From: an uncultured Dysgonomonas sp.
GTDB lineage: Bacteria > Bacteroidota > Bacteroidia > Bacteroidales > Dysgonomonadaceae
Reading direction: 5' to 3'
NCBI RefSeq assembly: GCF_934668725.1
Contig: NZ_CAKUOF010000017.1
Span: forward strand, 3,336-67,335
Length of the DNA stretch: 64,000 nucleotides
Shown here one piece after another: positions 20,235-30,689 of the stretch. The notes under the pieces were generated by a model that was given only the letters and a program-made list of their open reading frames with translations, searched no databases and was not told where the DNA came from. Within the stretch, counting starts at the first letter, position 1; each line of letters starts with the position of its first letter. A program made the position numbers and the translations under genes.

Positions 20235-21302
20235 ATGAAATTTAAAATCTTACTTTTATTCATCTCTGTACTACCTCTCTTTTCCTCATGTATAAAGGAT
20301 GAACCTCTAAATAAAGAAGCTGATATAGAATCCTTTTCTTTACCTGATAGTATTCTGGTAAATTCAGTAATAAGCAATAACAAAGTTACTCTTATAATAA
20401 AAAATACCAATTTCAATAAAAAATTGGCACCCCAGATTACAGTTACCCCCGGAGCTACTATTACTCCGGCATCAGGTGACACTGTTGACTTCACAAACGA
20501 TGTTACTTATACAGTTGTTTCCGAAGATAAGCAATATACCAAAGTGTATACTGTGAGTGTGACTTCGTCTCTCAGTCTGAAATTTGACTTTGAAGATTGG
20601 TTTATGGAAGGTGGATTATGGAAATACCCTGCCTTAACAGATGATATGTGGAGTTCGGCCAATCAGGGAATCATGACTGCAAAACTAGGTAAAGTAGACC
20701 TTTATCCAACCAGATCCACAACCGACTGCTTTAGCGGAAAATATGCAGCCCTACTCGAAACTCAAAGAGGAGGAACTTTTTTGGTGGCAGGTTATGTTCC
20801 CATATTTTCAGGATCATTATTCAGAGGAGACTTTAAACTTAATATGGCAAGCCCTCCCCAATCTGCTCTTTTCGGACAAATACATCCAAAAGAGAGTGGC
20901 AAACCTATAAAGATGACCGGATATTATAAATATACGCCGGGAGATACATTAATCAACCGAGAAGGGATTGTGCCAAACAAAACAGATGAGTTTTCTATAT
21001 ATGCAGTAGTATATAAAGTCACAAAAGGAAATGAAGGTCTTTCTGAATATTTGAATGGAGAAAATATCCTTACATCTGATAAGGTTATATCAAAGGCAAT
21101 ACTGGAAGACAGATCTCCTAAAGCTCAATTCACGAAATTTGAATTACCTTTTGTATATACTGAAGATATGAACTACGATTTATACAACTACAAACTCGCA
21201 ATTGTTTTTGCTTCAAGCAAAAATGGAGATTTCTATGAAGGTGCAGTAGGAAGTACTCTTATAGTAGATGATGTAGAAGTCGTATGCAACTTAAAAAATT
21301 AA
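20235..21302 (+). CDS. lipoprotein, possibly PCMD (putative carbohydrate metabolism domain) family
   Basis: Signal peptide with a lipobox (LPLFSSC). 355 aa. Bacteroidota-type surface lipoprotein architecture. The family assignment comes from recalled similarity only. Confidence 0.5.
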   Translation: MKFKILLLFISVLPLFSSCIKDEPLNKEADIESFSLPDSILVNSVISNNKVTLIIKNTNFNKKLAPQITVTPGATITPASGDTVDFTNDVTYTVVSEDKQYTKVYTVSVTSSLSLKFDFEDWFMEGGLWKYPALTDDMWSSANQGIMTAKLGKVDLYPTRSTTDCFSGKYAALLETQRGGTFLVAGYVPIFSGSLFRGDFKLNMASPPQSALFGQIHPKESGKPIKMTGYYKYTPGDTLINREGIVPNKTDEFSIYAVVYKVTKGNEGLSEYLNGENILTSDKVISKAILEDRSPKAQFTKFELPFVYTEDMNYDLYNYKLAIVFASSKNGDFYEGAVGSTLIVDDVEVVCNLKN

Positions 21303-21323
21303 AGATACAATAATATATACTTC

Positions 21324-22076
21324 ATGAAATCACTAAAATACAAACTAATACTCCTGCTATTATTTTTCTCAGGATTTAGCATATTCAGTCAAGAAAGAAC
21401 TGAAAATCGATTCGAACATAAAATTATTGCCGGTTTCAATATTGGAGCAACCACCCCTACCTCTATCCCTGCTGAAATACGCTCTATAGATGCATGGTGG
21501 CCACAGTTTACGCCGCAGTTGGGCTATAATATCACGTATAATCTTAATCAAAAATGGGGATTAGGCAGTGGAATTTCTCTTGATTATAAAGGGATGGGGA
21601 CAAGGGTAACCGTTAAATACATCTATACAAGTATCGTAATTGAAGATGGAAGTAATGATGCCCTTGAAGGCTACTTTGTCGGAAAAAATGAAACTGTTGT
21701 AAAACTGGCATATGCAACCATCCCCCTGTATGCAACATTTAATATCGACCAGAGTTGGCAATTACGGGCAGGAGGTTATGTTTCGTATTTGTTTAGTGGC
21801 AAGTTTTCGGGGACAGCCTCTGATGGTTATATCCGTGTAAATGAACCTACAGGTGAGAAGGTAGAGATTACAAAAGCCAGTTTTGATTTCAACGACAAAC
21901 TTCGAAACTTTGATTTTGGACTTATATTAGGAGCCGAGAAAAAAGTCAACGACAGATTTGGAATCTACAGCAATCTAAATTGGGGACTAACATCCATATT
22001 CCCCTCTGACTTTAGAGCCATCGATTTTAATATGTACAACATATACCTCACTATAGGGCTAACCTATAAACTATAA
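21324..22076 (+). CDS. outer-membrane beta-barrel (porin-family) protein
   Basis: Signal peptide, alternating beta-strand pattern, 250 aa. The C-terminus (TIGLTYKL) is OMP-like. It lies 21 nt after the lipoprotein gene, suggesting a co-transcribed pair. Confidence 0.55.
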   Translation: MKSLKYKLILLLLFFSGFSIFSQERTENRFEHKIIAGFNIGATTPTSIPAEIRSIDAWWPQFTPQLGYNITYNLNQKWGLGSGISLDYKGMGTRVTVKYIYTSIVIEDGSNDALEGYFVGKNETVVKLAYATIPLYATFNIDQSWQLRAGGYVSYLFSGKFSGTASDGYIRVNEPTGEKVEITKASFDFNDKLRNFDFGLILGAEKKVNDRFGIYSNLNWGLTSIFPSDFRAIDFNMYNIYLTIGLTYKL

Positions 22077-22102
22077 AGAAAAAATAAATTGACTAGATTA
22101 TA

Positions 22103-22135
22103 AAAACGTTCCACTCATTTGGAACGTTTTTTATT
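22103..22135 (+). terminator. rho-independent terminator after the lipoprotein/OMP pair
   Basis: Stem aaacgttcc (22104-22112) pairs with ggaacgttt (22120-22128), followed by a T run (22126-22132). Confidence 0.7.
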
Positions 22136-22302
22136 TGAACATTGCCGGTCTACTACTACCGTAATTACCATATTGTTGCAAAACATTTTCGATTAACACT
22201 ATCTGTATCTGTAAATGTATTCTGCCTATTTTTATATCGATTTGTCTAAGGATATCATATAAATAAACTATTTTTGCTACATATTTATAACATTAATAGA
22301 TT

Positions 22303-23667
22303 ATGAGCAACGAATTAGGACTGGACTTTAAATCCACGACTGACAAAAAATTGTTCATCGAGACGTATGGTTGTCAGATGAACGTAGCAGACAGCGAAGT
22401 GGTAGCATCGGTAATGGAAATGGACGGCTACAGAATGACTGAAAAAATAGAAGAAGCGGATGCAATATTTGTAAACACTTGTTCTATACGCGACAACGCC
22501 GAACAAAAAGTTATTCAACGCCTTGACCAACTGAATGCCATAAAGCGTAAGAAGAATAAAAATCTCATCATTGGGGTGTTGGGTTGTATGGCTGAGCGAG
22601 CCAAAGAAGAACTATTAGACAAACATCATGCTGATATTGTAGTAGGACCTGACGCTTATCTGGATTTACCTAATCTGATAGGTGCTGCCGAAAATGGAGA
22701 AAAAGCAATCAATGTACAGCTTTCCAAAACCGAAACCTATAAAGATGTAATACCTTTAAAGATTGGAGGAAATCATCTTTCGGGATTCATTTCCATTATG
22801 CGTGGATGTGACAAAATATGTACTTATTGCATTGTTCCATACACCAGAGGTCGCGAACGAAGCAGAGATCCTCAAAGTATCGTTAATGAGTTAAATGATC
22901 TAAAGGCTAAAGGTTTTAAAGAGGCCACTTTATTAGGTCAGAATGTAAATTCGTATAAATTTACTCAAGAAGATGGTACAATCGTTGACTTTCCAGCACT
23001 TCTTGAACTTGTTGCTAAAGAAGCTCCTAATATGCGTATACGTTTCACAACATCCTATCCTACTGATATGACAGATGAAACACTTGAGGTCATCGCTAAG
23101 TATGACAATTTATGCAAGTTTATCCATCTGCCTGTACAATCAGGAAGTACAAAAATTCTGGGTGTAATGAAAAGAAAATATGACAGAGAATGGTACTTGA
23201 ACAGAATAGAAGCAATTAAAAGAATTATACCGGGATGTGGACTTTCTACCGATATAATGTGCGGGTATCATTCTGAGACAGAAGAAGATCATCAAGAAAC
23301 TCTATCCTTGATGAAAGAAGTAGGTTTCGATTCGGCATTTATGTTTAAATATTCGGAGCGCCCGGGAACATATGCTGCAAAAAAATTAGAGGATAATGTA
23401 CCAGAAGAAGTAAAGACAAGACGTCTACAGGAAATCATTAACCTCCAAGTCGAGCTTTCACGTATTAGTAACATCAACGATATTGGCAAGGTATTTGAAG
23501 TTTTAATAGAAGGATTTTCAAAAAGATCGAAAGAACAGCTTTTTGGAAGAACATCACAAAACAAAGTCGTTATTTTTGATAAAAACAATCACCGTATTGG
23601 AGAGTTTGTAAAGGTCAAAATAACAGGAAGCACTTCGGCTACACTTTTTGGTGATGTCATAGAGTGA
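22303..23667 (+). CDS. miaB: tRNA-2-methylthio-N6-dimethylallyladenosine synthase (radical SAM methylthiotransferase)
   Basis: Contains the UPF0004 domain (ETYGCQMNVADSE), a radical-SAM CxxxCxxC motif (CDKICTYC) and a C-terminal TRAM domain. Confidence 0.85.
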   Translation: MSNELGLDFKSTTDKKLFIETYGCQMNVADSEVVASVMEMDGYRMTEKIEEADAIFVNTCSIRDNAEQKVIQRLDQLNAIKRKKNKNLIIGVLGCMAERAKEELLDKHHADIVVGPDAYLDLPNLIGAAENGEKAINVQLSKTETYKDVIPLKIGGNHLSGFISIMRGCDKICTYCIVPYTRGRERSRDPQSIVNELNDLKAKGFKEATLLGQNVNSYKFTQEDGTIVDFPALLELVAKEAPNMRIRFTTSYPTDMTDETLEVIAKYDNLCKFIHLPVQSGSTKILGVMKRKYDREWYLNRIEAIKRIIPGCGLSTDIMCGYHSETEEDHQETLSLMKEVGFDSAFMFKYSERPGTYAAKKLEDNVPEEVKTRRLQEIINLQVELSRISNINDIGKVFEVLIEGFSKRSKEQLFGRTSQNKVVIFDKNNHRIGEFVKVKITGSTSATLFGDVIE

Positions 23668-23815
23668 TTAACAAAAGTTAATTACAGTCTATGAATTCAA
23701 TTCTTTAATCAAAATAGTATTACTTTAGATTATCAATCTAAACAATAAGAGATATTTCTTGTTAATTATATAACAATACAAATAAAAAGTTACTAATAAA
23801 ATAAATATTACAACT

Positions 23816-24019
23816 ATGGGAAAATCAAATTCAAACTTATTGTTTTTAGCTATTGGTGCTGCCATTGGTGCTGCAGCAGGTTATGTTGCCGCATCAGATA
23901 AAAAAGAAGAATGGATGCACGAAATCAACAAATTAGTTGATAAAGTTAAAAACAATGTGAAAGGTTCATGCTCTAAAGTTGAAGATGAATTGGAAGAGCT
24001 TATAGAGGATGAAGAATAA
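23816..24019 (+). CDS. YtxH-like small protein (DUF948)
   Basis: 67 aa with a Gly/Ala-rich amphipathic N-terminus (LAIGAAIGAAAGYVAA) and an acidic tail. It is the first gene of a conserved three-gene cluster. Confidence 0.5.
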   Translation: MGKSNSNLLFLAIGAAIGAAAGYVAASDKKEEWMHEINKLVDKVKNNVKGSCSKVEDELEELIEDEE

Positions 24020-24386
24020 CAACGAAGAATATCAAAACTTTAGTGAACTTATAGATGAGTCAAAAGCAGACTTATCAAGCTATATAGAAAAGCGTCTTAC
24101 ACTTATTAAACTCAAAGCTTTTGAGAAAATTGCAAGTGCATCGTCCTTTATTATATATGGCCTGATGATGAGTGTTTTTGCACTCATCTTGTTCATTCTC
24201 ATCCTCGTTGGATTAGGATTTGTTATTGGTGAATTGCTGAATAACTATGCGGCTGGTTTTGGAGTTCTGATACTTATTACATTAGTTGCTTTATTGGGTT
24301 TAATACTTAATGCCAAAAGAATCCGAAGAGCTTTTGTGAACATAACTTTACGTACAATCAAGAAAATAGAAGTGGATGAAGACTAA
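24009..24386 (+). CDS. holin-like two-TM small membrane protein ('phage holin family' superfamily III-like)
   Basis: 125 aa with two adjacent hydrophobic helices (FIIYGLMMSVFALILFILILVGLGFVIG and FGVLILITLVALLGLIL). Overlaps the upstream gene by 11 nt. Confidence 0.45.
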   Translation: MKNNNEEYQNFSELIDESKADLSSYIEKRLTLIKLKAFEKIASASSFIIYGLMMSVFALILFILILVGLGFVIGELLNNYAAGFGVLILITLVALLGLILNAKRIRRAFVNITLRTIKKIEVDED

Positions 24387-24783
24387 ATTATCACCTTTAC
24401 AAGAACTTCGATTAGAAAGAAGCCAACTAAAGAATGAGTGTACTGAGTACGAACAAAAATTACAAGGTAATTGGCAATATGCCAAAGGGCATTTCGGTCG
24501 ATTAGCTGTAGGCACAGTTCTATCTTCAGCAAAAAGTGGTATTGGTGACTTATTTTCCCTTGTATCTGGGAAGAAACAAAACTCCGAGGAAGAAGAGGAA
24601 GAAGATAAGTCGTCTTCAGTAGTCACTCAAATGCTTCTTGGTGCAGCTCCCTTTATTTGGGAGATGGTGCAACCCATGATTGTAGGAATGATTATGAAAA
24701 AAGTAAAGTCTCTCTTTGGAGGAAGCGAGAAAAAAAAGAAAAAAATAAAGAAAGTAAAGAAAAAAGCCTCAGATTTGGATTAA
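24376..24783 (+). CDS. hypothetical protein with poly-Glu and poly-Lys tracts
   Basis: 135 aa containing EEEEEEDK and a C-terminal KKKKKIKKVKKK. Overlaps the upstream gene by 11 nt. Third member of the trio. Confidence 0.4.
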   Translation: MKTKLSPLQELRLERSQLKNECTEYEQKLQGNWQYAKGHFGRLAVGTVLSSAKSGIGDLFSLVSGKKQNSEEEEEEDKSSSVVTQMLLGAAPFIWEMVQPMIVGMIMKKVKSLFGGSEKKKKKIKKVKKKASDLD

Positions 24784-24856
24784 CCAATTTCTGAAGCTTT
24801 CTTTTTATAATTAGTTTGCCGTCCTAATCTTCCTTCAAGGCTACTATACTACAAGC

Positions 24857-26185
24857 TTATATACTTTTATTCTGCCACTTACCTCTAGTTAAATATAAAT
24901 AGGATAATACCATAAGAGTTCCCCAATACACATACTCTACAGTCCAACATACTGCAACCGATGACTTATTGTGAATAACTATCACATACATAACTCCAAC
25001 ATAGAGAACAATTGTAATCATCTCGAAGATTAGTGCCCAGCGAGTATTACCCGTTCCGGATATCGAATTAAACAAAACTGTACCAAGACTACATATCGGT
25101 AAAGCACAAACCAATACGATCAATGGCATAATGGTTTCTTGTACCAAAGACATATCTTTATTAGAAGCAATTAGTCCGATCCAGAAATCAGCCTTTACTA
25201 AAGTAAATAATCCCATAAGTATTACAATACTTAGATTTAACAAACAAATTCGTTTAATTAAAGGCCATACTTCATGGTACTTACTTGTACCCATTGTATT
25301 ACTAACCAATGTATTTGCCGTAGTAGACAATGCATTCATCGGAATAAAGTAGATCATATAGAAAGTTCGGATAATATTAGTAATTGCCAAATCTCTTTCT
25401 CCGTGATTCTCTATCGCTAAAAAGAAGATAAACCAAGTAGACATAGAAATTGCATACTGTGCCATTGTAAATACAGAAATATTAAGAATACGTTTGATGA
25501 CAGAAAAGCGAAATTTCATTTTATGGAAGCCATATTTTCCTAAATCTACAGTCTTAAAAGTATATATTATAAAAAATATAATTGAGGAAATCTCTGCAAT
25601 AACCGATGCCATACCAGCTCCAGCTATACCCAATTGAGGAAATCCAAAATTTCCAAAAATAAGAACATAATCAAATATTATATTTACAACAGTCATCACT
25701 GCTGCATTCAGAGTAAGAACCGAGGTTCGTGCAATCCCTACATAAAAAGCTCGAAACATTATATTTACTGATGCAAAAAAGAAACCAAATGTTCTCCAAT
25801 GTAAATATTCGGAAGCAGCTTCATAAACATGATGAGACTTAATCAGTGTTGGCAGTAACGTTTTTGAAAAAATATTAGAAAGTCCATACAACAAAGCTGC
25901 AAAAACCAAAAGAAACATCATTCCCTGAAGAACTATAGTTCCTATTTGATCATAGTTTTTCTCCCCATTCCGACGCCCTATCATTATCTGAGCACCTATA
26001 CTGAACCCAAACCCCAGCATAAAAAATGCTATATAATATATACCTGCCAGTCCGGCAGCTCCAAACTCAACCTCCCCTACTCTACCCAGAAATATTGTAT
26101 TGGTAATTTGCATAACATTCTGTGTCAGCAAACCTAGCATTATGGGAAGACTTACCTTCCAAATATCTTTATACGAATATGCCAT
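24857..26185 (-). CDS. MATE family efflux transporter
   Basis: 442 aa with 12 predicted TM helices and a MatE N-terminus (IWKVSLPIMLGLLTQNVMQITNTIFLGRVG). Confidence 0.8.
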   Translation of the reverse strand: MAYSYKDIWKVSLPIMLGLLTQNVMQITNTIFLGRVGEVEFGAAGLAGIYYIAFFMLGFGFSIGAQIMIGRRNGEKNYDQIGTIVLQGMMFLLVFAALLYGLSNIFSKTLLPTLIKSHHVYEAASEYLHWRTFGFFFASVNIMFRAFYVGIARTSVLTLNAAVMTVVNIIFDYVLIFGNFGFPQLGIAGAGMASVIAEISSIIFFIIYTFKTVDLGKYGFHKMKFRFSVIKRILNISVFTMAQYAISMSTWFIFFLAIENHGERDLAITNIIRTFYMIYFIPMNALSTTANTLVSNTMGTSKYHEVWPLIKRICLLNLSIVILMGLFTLVKADFWIGLIASNKDMSLVQETIMPLIVLVCALPICSLGTVLFNSISGTGNTRWALIFEMITIVLYVGVMYVIVIHNKSSVAVCWTVEYVYWGTLMVLSYLYLTRGKWQNKSI

Positions 26186-26265
26186 AACTTCAATTCGGCT
26201 AATCTAAAATAAAAAGGGATGACTAAAATACATCACCCCAATTCTTATATTAAATTATTACTTTT

Positions 26266-26619
26266 TTAATCTATTAATTTATTTGTTTTCGTATCGGGAA
26301 ATATGATCCAAGGCTTGAACGTTTTCGCTTCTTCAAAATCCAGAATGGCATATGATATAATAATTATAATATCGCCCGGCTGTACACGCCTGGCTGCTGC
26401 ACCATTCAGACAGATTGTACCTGTTCCACGCTCTCCTTTAATGATATAAGTCTCGAAACGTTCCCCGTTATTATTATTTACAATAGATACCTTTTCCCCT
26501 GCTATCATATTAGCAGCATCCATTAAATCTTCATCAATAGTAATACTTCCGATATAATTTAAGCTGGCATCGGTTACAGTAACTCTATGAATTTTTGATT
26601 TTAAAACTTCTATTTTCAT
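26266..26619 (-). CDS. panD: aspartate 1-decarboxylase
   Basis: [29 protein letters not shown] has the Gly-Ser self-cleavage site (GSIT). Start taken at the ATG at 26619; the ORF track extends to a TTG at 26628. Confidence 0.85.
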   Translation of the reverse strand: MKIEVLKSKIHRVTVTDASLNYIGSITIDEDLMDAANMIAGEKVSIVNNNNGERFETYIIKGERGTGTICLNGAAARRVQPGDIIIIISYAILDFEEAKTFKPWIIFPDTKTNKLID

Positions 26620-26683
26620 TCTTTTCAATTAAGGCTCCTGACCTTTTTATTGTTTCTGCAAATATTAATTTATACAGATATTG

Positions 26684-27529
26684 TTAAGAGTAATATATAA
26701 TATTATCAATTAAACGAACTTCACCACAAAAAACAGTAATGCAGCCTACTGCATATTGGGTATCTTTCCAATCAGATATTTGCTGTAAAGTATTTCCATC
26801 TACAATTTCGAAGTATTCAACCTCTAAAGAAGCAATTTTGTTAATATTTTCTATAACCCAAAATCGAAGTTCTTCTACTGTTTTATTATTATATAAGGTC
26901 TTACTCTCCGATAAAACTCTATATATATTGACGGCATCTTTCTTTTGATCTTCGGTCAATCGTTGATTACGGCTACTCATAGCCAAACCACTATCTTCAC
27001 GCCTTATAGGCATCGGTACTATTTCGACCGGAATATTTAATTGGCGAACCATTTGTCTGATAATTGCCAATTGCTGAAAATCTTTTTCACCGAAATATGC
27101 TTTATCCGGTTTCACAATATCGAATAAACGACTTACAACTTGAGCAACACCATTAAAATGTCCGGGACGGAACTTACCTTCCATCACTTTATCTAATTGT
27201 CCGAAATCGAATTGGCGATTATCCGGCTCAGGGTATATTTCCTGTACAGAAGGCACAAAAACGATATCGACACCGGCATAATTTAGAAGTTTAATGTCTT
27301 CATCAATCGTTCGGGGATATTTCTCCAGGTCTGTCTGATTATTGAACTGTGTCGGGTTTACAAAGATGCTAACTATACAAACATCGTTTTGCTCACGGCA
27401 TTTTTTCACTAGAGAAATATGTCCTTCATGTAAAGCTCCCATAGTAGGAACAAAACCGATTGTTTTTCTCTCATTTTTACTTATCGACACTGCATTTTGC
27501 AGATCATTAATAGTGTATAGAGTTATCAT
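26684..27529 (-). CDS. panC: pantoate--beta-alanine ligase
   Basis: 281 aa with [13 protein letters not shown] (HIGH-type motif). Confidence 0.85.
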   Translation of the reverse strand: MITLYTINDLQNAVSISKNERKTIGFVPTMGALHEGHISLVKKCREQNDVCIVSIFVNPTQFNNQTDLEKYPRTIDEDIKLLNYAGVDIVFVPSVQEIYPEPDNRQFDFGQLDKVMEGKFRPGHFNGVAQVVSRLFDIVKPDKAYFGEKDFQQLAIIRQMVRQLNIPVEIVPMPIRREDSGLAMSSRNQRLTEDQKKDAVNIYRVLSESKTLYNNKTVEELRFWVIENINKIASLEVEYFEIVDGNTLQQISDWKDTQYAVGCITVFCGEVRLIDNIIYYS

Positions 27530-27729
27530 AAACCTTTACCTCAACTGGCCTTTAAAAAGATTGTGCAAAGCAACTAAATTTTTATGAGAAATAAAATTTT
27601 AGAAAGACTTCATTTTCGGAAAATTCATCTTTAACTAAACCTCTACAAATTTTCATTCTGAGAAAATTGCTCAAAACCAATTTTTTTTTTATTATCTTTG
27701 TACTTTCATATAATTGAAGACAGTATACA

Positions 27730-28542
27730 ATGAGCATAAAAAGAGTTTTATTTATTACACAAGAAATCACCCCTTATCTTCCTGAATCTTTACTAGCAAA
27801 TACTTGCAGATACCTACCTCAAGCAATACAAGAAAAAGGCAAAGAAATCAGGACTTTCATGCCTAAATTTGGAAATATAAACGAACGTCGTAATCAACTG
27901 CATGAGGTTATACGCCTATCTGGGATGAACCTTATAATAGATGATACAGACCATCCGCTTATTATAAAAGTAGCATCAATACAGGCAGCGCGCATGCAAG
28001 TATATTTCATTGATAATGATGATTTTTTCAGTAGAAAAAATACTATTATGGATGATGATAGGCAAGAATTTCCGGATAATGACGAACGTAGTATATTTTA
28101 CGTAAGAGGTGTGCTTGAAACAATAAAAAAACTTCGCTGGATTCCGGATGTAATACATTGCCACGGATGGATGACAGCTTTGACTCCTTTGTATATTAAA
28201 ACAGCATTTGCTGATGACCCCTGCTTCAAAGATGCTAAAGTTGTTTATTCATTATATAATGACGATTTTAAACAATCATTCTCCGATAAATTCGCTTCTA
28301 AACTTAAATTAGCCGGAATTACGGATAAATATACTAAAGATCTTACCACCGGTGAAGATATTAATTATATTAAGTTGACCAACTTTGCCATGAAATACGC
28401 AGATGGTGTTATTCAAACTGCAGAAACGGTTAACCCCGCTTTATTAGAGTATATTAATAATAACAAAATCAAATTTCTTCCCTATCAGGGAGATGTAGAC
28501 GAATCGGCAGATGCAATCAATAGCTTTTATGACACTTTGTAA
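27730..28542 (+). CDS. short glycogen/starch-synthase-like protein (GT5 N-terminal domain only)
   Basis: 270 aa. The N-terminus (KRVLFITQEITPYLPESLLA) resembles the GlgA catalytic N-domain. The same ~270-aa protein lies next to panC and a DUF4270 gene in many Bacteroidota (recalled synteny). Confidence 0.55.
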   Translation: MSIKRVLFITQEITPYLPESLLANTCRYLPQAIQEKGKEIRTFMPKFGNINERRNQLHEVIRLSGMNLIIDDTDHPLIIKVASIQAARMQVYFIDNDDFFSRKNTIMDDDRQEFPDNDERSIFYVRGVLETIKKLRWIPDVIHCHGWMTALTPLYIKTAFADDPCFKDAKVVYSLYNDDFKQSFSDKFASKLKLAGITDKYTKDLTTGEDINYIKLTNFAMKYADGVIQTAETVNPALLEYINNNKIKFLPYQGDVDESADAINSFYDTL

Positions 28543-28641
28543 TTATACAAATTCATAAAAATATTGAAAATTGTTTTTTTGTTTTTGCAGCTACGTATTT
28601 TTTCTGATCTTTGGGCAACCAAAATGTAATTTAAAAGCAGA

Positions 28642-29988
28642 ATGAAAGTAAAGTCCGTATTCGCGATAGTTTCTTGTTTTATAGCATTAGCTTTTGCATC
28701 CTGTGATGATGATTTGAACTCAATTGGAGGAACAATTCAACCACCCGCAGATAGTATATCTATATTAACCGATACATTAGCAATAAAAGCAAGAACCATA
28801 TCAATGAAGGATTCGGTATATGCCCGAACCATAAATGGAGTATTAGGACAATATGAAGATAATTTGTTCGGAACCATAAAATCAGATTACTTATGTCAAT
28901 TTTATTTCCCTGAAGGGGGTAAATTCCAAGATAATTTAATAAAGATTGATTCCGTACAGTTTGCTATTGATTTTAATAGTTATAGTGGAGACACACTTGC
29001 TCCAATGGGGTTATCAGTATATGAAGCTACTAAGACAATTCCCGAAAACTTCTATACCAACGCCGATCCAACAAAGTATATTGGAGACAAGCCAACTCTT
29101 TTAGCTAGCGAAGCTTATACTATAAGTGGAGCAAAAATTGTATCAAAAACCACAAACCAGCGTGAAATTATAGCTGATCTAGGTATTGAATTTGGAAAAA
29201 GAATATACAATGGCTGGAAAGATAAAAAATTTACAGATAATACTTCCTTTAATAATTTCTTCAAAGGTACATATGTCACAACAAACTTTGGGTCGGGCAG
29301 TTTGATTAGAGTACTTTTCACATCTATTGATATCTATTATAAATACAATGATGTATTAGGCAACCACGATAATACAGCCGACACTATAAGAAATGCGACA
29401 TTTTCATTGACAGTAACGCCTGAAGTTATGCAACTAAATCATATCAAGAATAAAAATCCGGATGAATTATTTGTTGAAGGAACAGGTGCTACATATTTAA
29501 AAACTCCGGCAGGAGTCTATACTGAAGTAACTTTTCCGATCAATCAGATTAGGGAAAATATGGCTAAGAAAAGTTTCAAAACAATAAATACAGCACTATT
29601 CACACTGAAAGGTTATACTGAAAAAGAATCTACAGCTAAATATGAATTGGGTCGTCCTACGACATTATTACTTATTAATAAAGATTCTATTGATTCATTT
29701 TTCAGCCAAAGAAAATTATACGATGGAAAAACAACAGTTATAGGCACAAGAGAAAGCAACAATATCTATAACTTTGCAAATATATCTACTCTGATCAATA
29801 CATATAAAGATATGAATTTGACTAAAGATCCTGTATTTGCAGTCATTCCTGTAGAAGTAGCTTACAAAACAGATGCAAACGGAACAAGTTATCTGACCGG
29901 TGTATTTAATTATATGCAACCTGCAACCAGTATAATCAGAAGCGATGAAAAAAATATGAGACTTAGCCTTATATACAGTAAGTTCTAG
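28642..29988 (+). CDS. DUF4270-family lipoprotein
   Basis: Signal peptide with a lipobox (LAFASC). 448 aa. Conserved partner of the short glycogen-synthase-like gene. Confidence 0.5.
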   Translation: MKVKSVFAIVSCFIALAFASCDDDLNSIGGTIQPPADSISILTDTLAIKARTISMKDSVYARTINGVLGQYEDNLFGTIKSDYLCQFYFPEGGKFQDNLIKIDSVQFAIDFNSYSGDTLAPMGLSVYEATKTIPENFYTNADPTKYIGDKPTLLASEAYTISGAKIVSKTTNQREIIADLGIEFGKRIYNGWKDKKFTDNTSFNNFFKGTYVTTNFGSGSLIRVLFTSIDIYYKYNDVLGNHDNTADTIRNATFSLTVTPEVMQLNHIKNKNPDELFVEGTGATYLKTPAGVYTEVTFPINQIRENMAKKSFKTINTALFTLKGYTEKESTAKYELGRPTTLLLINKDSIDSFFSQRKLYDGKTTVIGTRESNNIYNFANISTLINTYKDMNLTKDPVFAVIPVEVAYKTDANGTSYLTGVFNYMQPATSIIRSDEKNMRLSLIYSKF

Positions 29989-30056
29989 AATCATAAGAAA
30001 TATTCCCCAAAACAGCTACCTGACAAATTTCAGGATAGCATAACGAAAGTTATCAG

Positions 30057-30434
30057 ATGCTGTTAAGAAATAAGAGAAAACATGCAACGTACCTATTATT
30101 CCTAATTTATTTGGGGTACTTTGCTGTTGTCTCTTTATTTGTTCATATGCACGTGTATGAAGGAGTTATATACGTACATTCACATCCATACCGAAAATCA
30201 CAAGATATACCAAACAACTCTAACAAATTACCATTAGAGACTCATCAACACACTGCAGCTTCATTCTTTACAGCAAATCAATTATCTAATATAACATCCG
30301 GTGAGGCAAAGTCGTTTATTTCTACAGATATTATACTGACTTCTAAAAAGATATTCTACTATGAATATGATGTCAGCCCTGTAATAATTACTCCACAAAG
30401 GCAATTTAGTTTACGAGCTCCGCCATTAGTTTAA
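30057..30434 (+). CDS. hypothetical small membrane protein, His-rich
   Basis: 125 aa with an N-terminal TM (YLLFLIYLGYFAVVSLFV) followed by HMHVYEGVIYVHSHPY. No recognised family. Sits immediately upstream of a TonB-dependent receptor. Confidence 0.25.
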   Translation: MLLRNKRKHATYLLFLIYLGYFAVVSLFVHMHVYEGVIYVHSHPYRKSQDIPNNSNKLPLETHQHTAASFFTANQLSNITSGEAKSFISTDIILTSKKIFYYEYDVSPVIITPQRQFSLRAPPLV

Positions 30435-30689
30435 TACTTCATTATAAACAAACATCTTTATAGACAGAAAGGCTCTATTCTTTCTGTAAAATTTTATGTG
30501 CTATTAATCTAAATAACACATAAAAGACATCCACATATTTAATAAAATTCAATCTGATACTCTATTACAGGGTTTGGATAATAACCTCATTATATTAATA
30601 AGGTTACCTATAGAAAGCTGCTTTTCGAGTAGCCCGGAAGTTGCTATTCTCCACATTATAAAATGGCTATTATTTCTATAGATTAAAAG

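Noticed and set aside
20207-20494. 95-aa minus-strand ORF overlapping the start of the lipoprotein gene
   Set aside because: It overlaps a better-supported + strand lipoprotein CDS with a clear signal peptide and lipobox, and has no recognisable features.
30440-30689. Possible riboswitch (TPP/cobalamin) in the leader of the TonB-dependent receptor
   Set aside because: No CTGAGA (TPP) or B12-box (GCCACTG) core could be found by eye, and the region is AT-rich with only weak stems. Left as unassigned leader.
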